Source of the DNA: the human T2T-CHM13v2.0 reference genome, Homo sapiens
NCBI RefSeq assembly: GCF_009914755.1
Contig: NC_060929.1
Strand: one strand, 5' to 3'
Length of the DNA: 64,000 nucleotides
Part shown: piece after piece, positions 54,270 to 64,000 of the stretch
How positions within the stretch are numbered: the stretch's first letter is position 1
Layout: the number at the start of each line of letters is the position of its first letter
Program-made: the position numbers and the translations under genes
Notes under the pieces: model-generated
Seen by the model: only the letters and a program-made list of their open reading frames with translations
Database searches by the model: none
What the model was told of the DNA's origin: nothing

Positions 54270-54510
54270 CTTTGCCATTTTGGAGATTTGATTTTGAGTT
54301 CTGGCTCTACCATGTACAGTATTAGCTTTGTGATAACCTGGGCAGATTAATAATCTCTCAAAGCTTTAGCTTCCTCATCTCTATATATGCATCTATTATA
54401 CACATGTATAGGTATAATACTATATCTACTTTACAAGTTATTATGGAAATTAAGTGACATAATTAATGCTAATATCCAATATAGTAGCTGCTAAATAAAT
54501 GTTAAAAAAC
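54270..54510 (+). mobile_element. MIR SINE
   Basis: ctggctctaccat...ctgggcagattaataatctctcaaagctttagcttcctcatct. Confidence 0.6.
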
Positions 54511-55907
54511 ATCATCATTATTTAAAAGATTATCCATTCTGGCTTTTCAAAACGTTCCTTTCATTTTTTCCAAAAGATGTGCTGTGTTTTATTTTATATA
54601 TGCTGTTGAGGGGGCAGGGGGAAGTGACTCTTTCTGTATCATTACCACAGCTTTATGTCTATCTTGTAGTACATCTTATTTACCTTTAACTTCACATTCA
54701 CCATGTTTATTATTCTATATACCCAATATTTTTAAAATTTCATTGCTCTTAGATACTGAAAAGCATGAAAAAGTCACAAAGAGAGAAGAACACTAAAGTC
54801 CACAAAAAAGACAGCAAGGTCTAATCTTTAGCAGTTTAACATACAAATAAAGTGGTTTTTATCTCAACAAAACTTAGTTTCCAGCCAAAAGATTCCATAT
54901 TAAGTGTATGAAAGTATCAAAACAATTTGTTTCTCTAAATGCTATAGGCCTTCAATGGAAGTCTCATGATTCATAGAGCGTTATGGGAAGCTTTTGGGAA
55001 AAAGATGGTGTTTAATATTTACCTGAGAGAATGAATCACATTTTAGCAGGCAGAAATTAACAATTAGAGCATTCTAAGATTAAGAAACAGCAGGATGAAA
55101 CGAATAGCATAAAAATGTGTTTTCAGGATAGCATATGTTGACAAAATGTGTACATACAGGAGGTGAGGGTTAAAGAAGAAAAGTGAAAGAATACACTGGA
55201 AAGTAAAATCAGTTACTCAAGGTGGGATAGATCATAGAAGGCTTTGAACTTTACTCTGTAGGCACTGAAGAATCGTTTCAAGTGTCTAAACACAGAAATG
55301 GCATTATCAAATGTATATTTTAGGAAAAGAATGATACCAAGAGACTGAAGAAGAGATTAGAGACTTTTATATGCCGAAAGGGCAATTAGGACACTACAAG
55401 AGACTGCAAAGTGAAAGCAAGAACCACATCTGCCTTTTTCATTGTGTAGCACCAGTCAACACGCAGGACACTGCACCCAGTAGGCAGCCAAGGCAAGAAT
55501 AAATGAGGCCATTATAACATTCCTAACTAGAAATTAGGGCCTGAACTAGGACAGCCACAATGGACAAAGATAAAAACAGATTCAAAACATTTGAAGGGGA
55601 AAATCAATAGAACTTAGAACTTAGCATGTAGGTTGAGGGAGAAGCCATTAAAGACTGAAATTATATTGAAAGGCTGAAATTTTGGTGGTTTCACCTTCAG
55701 AGAAAAGTGAAGGACCTTCTTGAAGTATAATTGGTTTTAGAGATCTGCTTCATTCTAAATTGAATATGTGAATTATTTAGACAGAAGGTCCATTACAAGA
55801 AGCAGTTAAGTTTACAAAAAAGTCTTGCAAGTCATTTGGTTTTAGAAAAATGTATTACATGTGTAGCATCAGGAAAACCTGGAAAATACGTTTCACTTAA
55901 AACTTAC

Positions 55908-56099
55908 TTTCTCCATCACCATCTTTGTCAAATTCTTCTATCATAGCTCGAAGTTCTTCATCACTCATGTTTTCACCCAATTCTCTAGCAACACGTCGCA
56001 AATTCCTCAAGCTTATTTTACCTGAATCATCATCATCAAATAGTTTAAATGCCTTGAGTATTTCTTCATGGGGATCTCTTTCCAATATCCAGTCTGTCA
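55908..56099 (-). CDS. CETN3: Centrin-3 internal coding exon (exon 4), 192 nt, phase 1-1
   Basis: Encodes (V)[63 protein letters not shown]. Acceptor ctgtag|TG; donor GAAA|gtaagt. Joins the previous exon in frame (G+TG=Val). Confidence 0.98.
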
Positions 56100-58390
56100 C
56101 TACAGTTTAAAAACATATATATTTTAATAAACCTGCATAATCACAAAGGCATTCATTTGTGAAATCAACTAAATATTAGATGAGAATTAAAGCTGTGACT
56201 GTCAACTTTTAGTCTGACAATAAAATGTCAAATGAGATCCCCAAACCCCGAGATAAACCTGAAATTAGAAAAATCAAATCCATATTTTAAATGTTAACCT
56301 TTTTTATCATGAGCAACTTGTCTTATTATAAAAGTAAGCAAAACTATATCACACAGAGGCAAAATAAAAAGGACTACATTTATACCATATTTATTTAAGA
56401 TCTACTATTATCAAGAATTGTACTAGGCTCCACTGACATCAAGCACACAAGGAGTGTGTCATCTACCTGTGGAGAGACATACCAACAAAATAATTGGAGC
56501 TAACTAAATAAAAGCTGCTTGCTGACTAAACGTCATACTAACACTGATTCTTCCTCAAATTTAATCCAACTTCAAAACAAGAAAAACTGCAAGAGACAAA
56601 AAGTACTGCCATCGCAGACACAGGCACAATCTCAGACAGCATTTGAAAATTCCACTAATACCTTTGTGATTAGAAGAACCTCTTGGTTTTCCAAAATTTA
56701 CAAAGTAGTAAATAGGATCAAATCTGACTATAGCAGGAAAGCCCACCCAAAAAAAACCTCTGCAAAGAAGGTCTCCTTAAAGCTTACCCATTTTGTTTGG
56801 ATAAATCACTCTCAGACAACTAACTAAAAATAAATGTAGTTTCAAACCTCAATGGTAATTGTGTATTTTAATACACTAAATATAATCACATGTAATAACA
56901 TAGTAATAAGCTTAAGTATTTTCAATTTTACCAGTCTTTAATCAATAGCCACAATAAAAATTAAAATAAAAATCTATGGCATAAAAATTGGTAAGTTACT
57001 AAATAAAATTCTAACAGTATCTAAATAAGTATCTCTGAAGTAATTATATACACTATCTGCCACTACAAGAAAAGGTATTTATGGCCTTTACTATGCTATT
57101 AAAAATAACTCGGTCCTGTTGAAGGTTACAGAATCATTAAAAAAAAAAAAAAAAGCAACTGCTTATAGATGGAAAATACTGGAATGTTTAAGGAACCCAG
57201 AATGAAAAAAATACAATCGAAGTCTCCAACAAGCTGTTGTTTTGCTGCTGTTTCACCCGTATTTGGTTCAATAATCACCTATTCAAATGACTATTATATC
57301 ATCTACACATATTTTCAATAGTTTCCTTTTATCCATTAATTTTATCCAAAAAGGCTTCCAAGTAACTAATTGAAGTATATTACTGTAAGTATGCAAATCA
57401 TCAAAGCTCATAAATATTCAGTCAAAAAGAAGCTGGCATATCTACAGCCATAACACCAAAATAAAATACCACACTTAACTCTATGGCACATACTCAACTT
57501 ATTTTGAATTTAGTCCCAACAAAAAAGCAGGACAAGGAAAAAAAGTGTTAAGAAATTTTCTTCACCAATTAAATAATTTACATGACAGGTGAACCAAAAA
57601 AGCAGCTTGCTGAAAGTATTAATGTACTTAAAGAAGCAACAGGGTGATTGGGGAACAGATGGGGCTCCAAGATGTATAAATTCTTATCCCACTGGTACTT
57701 TAATTGTGTTAGTTATTTCAGAGCTATGTGTCTATATATTCTTTTATCAATATTCTTCCTTAAAATGCAGCTTTTCTTGGGAATTATAAATGCTCATCAT
57801 TTTGGACAGCAAAAACATTACCTAATATATAACTTTATAATGACTCTCCTCCATGCCTTCAGGTTCTATTCTTGTTCCACAAAGTAGAATTTAATTATAA
57901 GGAATATATTTATTTTCAATGAAAATATTAGTAAACTGATATAGAGGCAGTTAAGGTGGGTTTCATTTATTTCACAAAACTCCAAATTTCTGTCCATGCA
58001 ACTGTATTTTCAAATGATTTAATTACACATACTATCAGAAATGTACTTCATCAAAATACTTTCTTAGACCTTTAATGTGTAAAAATCACTTAAGAATACG
58101 GCAAATCCAAAAACATCACATCAAAAGTAAATTAAAAATTATTATAGGTAATGCTAGAAATACAGCTTTAACTGTATTTCTCAATGTCTTTCGGAAATTT
58201 CTATCCAAACATACCAGTTAGACATGTTGGACTCCAAACTCATTCCACTACCACCATAGTAACTGCAGCTGCCTCCCCTACCCCAACCAAAAGATAACAG
58301 CAACATTTACAGCTAGATTCCATATTTGAAAAGCATAAATCATTTTCAGTCCCACAAACTTAATCAGGTCCTATAGTACTGAGAATACTG

Positions 58391-58701
58391 TTTTTTTTCT
58401 AATTTATTTATTGTTTTAAAACAAGGTCTCGCTCTGTTGCCCAGGCTGGAGTGCAATGGCGTGATCCCAGCTTACTGCAGCCTCAACTCCTGGGCTCAAG
58501 CAATCTTCCCACCTCAACCTCCAAAGTAGCTGGGACTACAGGCATGTGCCATCATGTCTGGCTAATTTTTTAAAATTTTTTTGTAGAGACAGGATCTCAC
58601 TTTGTTGCCCCAGCTGGTCTCAAACTCCTGTGAGCGAGCAATCCTCCCGCCTTGACCTCCCAAAGTGCTGGGATTACAGGCATGAGCCACCAAGCCCAGC
58701 C
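58391..58701 (-). mobile_element. AluJ (CETN3 intron 3)
   Basis: Antisense dimeric Alu with J-type ctcctgggctcaagcaatc. Confidence 0.9.
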
Positions 58702-59145
58702 TCTTTTTTATTCTTAAATGTATTTTCTTTTCACCCTCGCCATCCTCAGCGAAAAAAATAGTATTTTCTGTCTGCAGTCTCTCTTCCTTCCAACTCATCA
58801 TCAATAATACTCTCATCAGTTTTCTTTCTCAAACATATCATATCCCCTTCCCTTAAAAATTGTGAATGATCTCTGCTGACTAGAATTCAAAATCTTCATG
58901 TTTTGCAAGACTTTACCAATCTGGCCCAATCCTATGTTTCCAGTCATTTCCCTATGTCTAGCCCAGAACACTACCTAGTTTCCCAAACATGCTATCCGTC
59001 TAGTACCATTCTTTGTTGTTGCTGCTTTCTAAGCCTAGAATGCTTTTTCTCTACTCTTCCTGGCAATCTTGGAATGAAATCTTACTCACATTTCCAAAGG
59101 CCTAAATTTAAAATCTCCTCTGCAAAGACTTCAATTCCTCTAGAT

Positions 59146-59327
59146 CAGGGATTAACAAATCTTTCCTGTAAAAGGCCAATAGTAAATATTTTAGGCTTTG
59201 TAGAGGGCCATAAAGTCTCTAACTACTCACTCTGCCATAGTAGCACAAAAGCTGCATAAAAGAAGGGGTGTGGTGGTGTACAAGCAGCAGCTGAATTTGG
59301 TCCAAAGGCTATAGTTGCTGACTTCTG
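59146..59327 (+). mobile_element. MER58A hAT MITE
   Basis: cagggattaacaaatctttcctgtaaaaggccaatagtaaatattttaggctttg; 8-bp hAT-type flanks ctctagat/tcctagac. Confidence 0.75.
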
Positions 59328-60139
59328 TCCTAGACAAAATTACAATTTACCACATAGTACTATAGCCTGTTGTCACCTATATTTACATTGTAAACTCCCT
59401 GAAAGAAGAACCTTTTAGTAACTTTTAATTAAGTCTTCTTCCCAACCCCAGTACAGTACCTAATACCAAAAAATTCAGTGTTAAATAAGCAAAATGAAGA
59501 CAATAATACAGTATTACAATCTCAATCAGCAATAATAAGTAGTACATGTCAAAAATAGTGTACAAACGTTTGACTTATGTTAGTCTTAAAGACACTAATT
59601 CCTAAAATATCTATGTTACTCACTAGCCTCAGGCTGTCTTGACTCTAAACTTAAATTAAATATATTTTAAAGCTTTTTTCCAGTACTAGGAAGAGTCTAT
59701 AATAGTTAACTGCCAAACTTCATCCAGATATATCTGTGGAACAGTGTCCTTGGGTAGTTCATAAAACTAGGACTCAAATGTTATGATTTAGAATCATCTG
59801 TCCCAAAGTATAAAACATATTAATCTGTGGTCAGTGATTAGTTAAAAATAATCAACAAAAGGGGTAATACATAGTTCCTGAATGATTCCCAAACAGTAAT
59901 ACATTTTTATTTGACACCTGGTACTCTCCATAGGTAGCCTTAAGATAGCTAAGATACATGTTGACCCTGTCAAAAGGTTAATCTTTTAGTGTCAAAGCTG
60001 AAGTTTAGCCACATCTATTTATTCTAGAAGGAACCCAGTATTTCTGCTCTGTTAATAACATAGAACAGATGGGGTGTCAGGAAAAAGTGGAGGTGGCATG
60101 GGATTCTGGTCCCAACTGCCAATAAAAATCACAATTTTT

Positions 60140-60501
<362 letters not shown>

Positions 60502-60639
60502 TTATTAGTGATGATACAGTGCTTACAATAGCCTTTATGAAAAAAGTCAATAAAAAATATACACAAAGTCTATTTTATGTCCCAGTGATGCATATATGAT
60601 TATTTCGAGCCCCTGAAACAAAGACAATTTTTTAAAGTA

Positions 60640-60880
60640 ATAATAATAGCAAATGCTTAGTAGCACTTACAACATGCTAGGCCCTTTTCTAGGTACTTCA
60701 CATATCATTAACTTAATCCTTAGAAGAATCTCATGAGAGAATACAATGATCCCCACTTTATAGTTGAAAATGAGGCATGGGGTATTAAAAAGACCAAGTT
60801 CCAGAGCTGTAAAGTGGCAAAACCAAGGTATGAACCAAGGGAATCTGGTTCCAAGTGCTAAACCACTATACTGTACTAAA
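60640..60880 (-). mobile_element. MIR SINE
   Basis: aataataatagcaaatgcttagtagcacttac...atccccactttatagttgaaaatgaggc. Confidence 0.7.
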
Positions 60881-62233
60881 CATACCTGGATTATAGCTCC
60901 TTCCTAATAGTACCATTTCCACTATATACAAACACCTTGTTTCTACAAATAAACAATCTAAGGTAAAACTAGGAATACTACGATCATAAACTTCAGGAGA
61001 GTGTCCATTCTGGGAGAACAAAAGGTGGCTCTCTCCCTTTCCTCAAATAATTAATTCTACAAATTAGAGGAAAAAAGGAAAATGTCCCCAATGGACAAGT
61101 TGCCTCTCTAAACAGTCATATATTAGTTCATAAGTTGAGGATCTTCTGTGCTGTGTTTTTTTTCTCTTAGGTTCATCATTTATTTTCCATCTCAACTGCT
61201 TATGACTTGAGCTTTTGGATTTAAAAAACTGACTAATGACATGAATCTAAATTTTCTCTGCGTCTACTAATTGCCATTTCTTTTTGCTTCCCCTATTGCT
61301 TCTTGATTAATATTTAAAATAAGGGGTTTGTGTATATAGCAGAATTTGTTTCCAAATTTTTAAAATATCTTAAAATACTTATATGATGTGCTTATATCGT
61401 GACCCATTGGTTTAGAGAAAAAAAAAAAAAGAAATAAACCTGAATATTTACATATTTTGTAGATAATATTCTAGACAATACATTTAAGTTATAATAGCAA
61501 CATCCTTGCCTTCCGGACTCTTCTATTTTGAAAAAGCCTGGTCTATATATGCTATAAATAATTCACTAAAATCAACTATAAAAAAATTTAGCCATATTAA
61601 GCCTATGACACATTATCTTCAGTTGGTGGTACTAGGATGTTTTCTCCTGCTTCCAGTATGCCCACTGCCTCCTTTACTACTACCCTCTAAACAGATGACT
61701 TTATCCACTGAGATCAAGGTCATCCAGAGGATGTAGCCTCTCATAAACTTTGTCAACCTGAAGTCGTGCATTTCATCTACAGCCAAAGATACCAACTACT
61801 ACCAGTTCCCTCTTCTCCCACTTAGCCAACAAAAATCACATACCAGAAAGGTCTTGGGAAACATTTTCCAAACAGCAGGATATCAAATTTTCTGTTTTAT
61901 TAAGCAAAAATAATTTTTTGATCACCCTTCAAGTTTTATCACATAATATAAATACAAACAACTTGGAAAAGCATCTTTCTATAAAAAGCTACACAATAGT
62001 TCCTTGGTTAGAATCTTCACAACAAAACAAAAGACAAAACTATAAATCTCAGAGCAAAGCCATATTTTTTCTTTGAAAAAAAAACCAACAAAACAAAACT
62101 GAGTAAGAGTCACATTATACACCAGTGTTCTATAAGAAAATTCCATAACCTAGAGAATTTAAAATTTAAAAAGTGATATTAATCAGACAATTTCCTAACA
62201 GCTGCTGATTACAAAGACTATTAAAATACACAC

Positions 62234-62348
62234 CAACTTCATTAAAATCTTCAAAGGTGATTTTCCCTGTGGCTTCTCTGTCATAATCTTTAAGAATCTT
62301 CAGTACATCAGCTTTTTTTACATCAAACCCCAAGGCTCTCATTGCCAC
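62234..62348 (-). CDS. CETN3: Centrin-3 internal coding exon (exon 3 of the usual 5-exon model), 115 nt
   Basis: Encodes VAMRALGFDVKKADVLKILKDYDREATGKITFEDFNEV, recognisable centrin-3 (EF-hand 2 region). Acceptor ccaaaag|GTG follows a pyrimidine tract; donor GTTG|gtgtgt; ends in phase 1. Confidence 0.97.
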
Positions 62349-62987
62349 CTTTTGGATTAAAAAGGAAAAGCAAATTATAAAGCACTCTTTACAAAAGAAT
62401 TTCTAATTATTAAGTTTTTACATCTTAAGAGATGACAACACATTAATAAAATATAACTTTTTTGCATGTTTTACCTCTTTAAAATAGCAGTGATAGTGTA
62501 ATTGTTCTTCACTACTGAAATTAAGTATGCATAAGTTTTTTCATTTATAAATTGCATTTTTTATATGACAAAGTAACCAACAAGTGTTTACAGATTTTAC
62601 TATATAAAATGCACTAACTTATTGCACAGATAATTTGATTGTTATTTGTTCTGAAGGGATTAACAATCAAAATGAGAAAAAGGCGTGGCATAAATATTAA
62701 ACAGTTACATGATAGAAGAGATAAAACATTAAAACAAGAATTATCATCAGTCTTTCCATGATTAGTTACCAGGTAAATGATAGGGCTAAGGACCCTGAGT
62801 TTAGAGAAAAAAGAGATTTTGTTACTAATAATAAGGAAGGAGACATATTACTGACTAGAGAAGTCTTATTTGGAAAGATTCAAACTGTTCCTTGAAGGAT
62901 AGATGAAGAGGAGCAGTAGGGTATTTGGGAAGGATGACTGGTATTAAAAGAAACACTGAAACGAATAGGTTCGAAGGACAATGAACA

Positions 62988-63038
62988 GAGCAGTTTACCT
63001 CACCTGAATTAGAAAAGTTCAGGTGAGGTAAACTGCTC
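62988..63038. repeat. Perfect 21-bp inverted repeat with a 9-nt spacer
   Basis: GAGCAGTTTACCTCACCTGAA (62988-63008) / TTCAGGTGAGGTAAACTGCTC (63018-63038). Confidence 0.95.
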
Positions 63039-64000
63039 ACCTGAATTAGGAGGTGAATTCCACCTTAATTAGAAGAGTTCAGGAGGAAGAAAGCAGTTAG
63101 CAAATGAAAAAAGTAGTTGGTGGCAAAAGTGTAGAGAACATTCAGTAGAAAGCAAAGGAATCTGAACTTTAAGTAGTATACAATGAGGAGTTATGGTTTA
63201 TGAGCAATGAACAATTTATGAGCAATGGTGAAAGAATTTTTAAACTATCTAAATTCAGTGGTAGTGTACAAGGTGAACTAGTAAGAAATCATTTAGGAAG
63301 CTCCAGGTATGAAATAAGGTCCCAAACCAAGATAGTCAATGGTTACAAATGGAACAGACATTATAAAGGAAGATCAAATCTGGGTAACCAAAAAAAAAAA
63401 AAAAAAAAAAAAAACAGTGGGAAAAGAGAGCCAAAGAGGACTGCAAGATTGAGAAAGCTAGACTTAGCAGGCCTATTAACTGCTTTTATACATTCTATCC
63501 TGTCACTGCATAGTTCCTATCCCTACTTGGAATTCTAATGCTTAAAAATCCCTTACGAAATTACAAAAATTAAAACTACCAAATAAACACTTACATTCAC
63601 CTATCCATTAAGGCCATTAAAAATCTCAAAATACTATCTTTCCCACTGTGCTGAAAGTAAGTCCCATTCTACCCTAAACCCAAATCTCTCCTTATACCCT
63701 GACAAATAATAATTTACAAATCTCTCCCTACACTTTGACATTCTAGGTCTTAAAGCTGACATTTTTACCTATTAGCATGTGTCAACATCAAACAGCACTA
63801 AAGTTGTTTGCACCAGAGAAAGTGGATTGAGACTATGTTACTAACAAATCCAAATTATAAGATTAAAAGACAACACTCCCACAGTCTGAAAACAGTATGA
63901 GTCACCAAGAAACAAAAACAAAAACAAAAAACAGTGAAAAGAAGATGGTAAGAATAAATTCCAGTTTGAAATCCTTTAATTATGACAGTGAAAAATAAGC

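Noticed and set aside
55897-56100. ORF-track boundaries for the centrin fragments (also 62166-62348)
   Set aside because: These ORFs run into introns; the true exon limits come from AG/GT sites and frame continuity.

Overview
Primate, almost certainly human, genomic DNA: AT-rich, full of Alu, L1, L2, MIR, ERV/MaLR LTRs and DNA transposons, with one near-consensus AluYa5. The only protein-coding gene is the 3' part of CETN3 (centrin-3) on the minus strand: three constitutive coding exons (62348-62234, 56099-55908, 50662-50619), an in-frame 72-nt cassette exon (53114-53043) that would split EF-hand 4, and two candidate poly(A) signals. The 5' exons lie beyond the right edge. Positions 1 to ~48,800 are intergenic and mostly nested transposons, including a solo LTR2, MLT2A, a full THE1B provirus, a near-full Tigger2, MER41A and an L1 inserted into an L1, plus a few repeat-free islands. 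Almost all listed ORFs are repeat-derived or chance. I found no evidence of a new multi-gene system; the best leads are splicing, regulatory and structural details. Repeat subfamily names come from remembered consensus sequences and need RepeatMasker/Dfam confirmation. Boundaries of old repeats are approximate.
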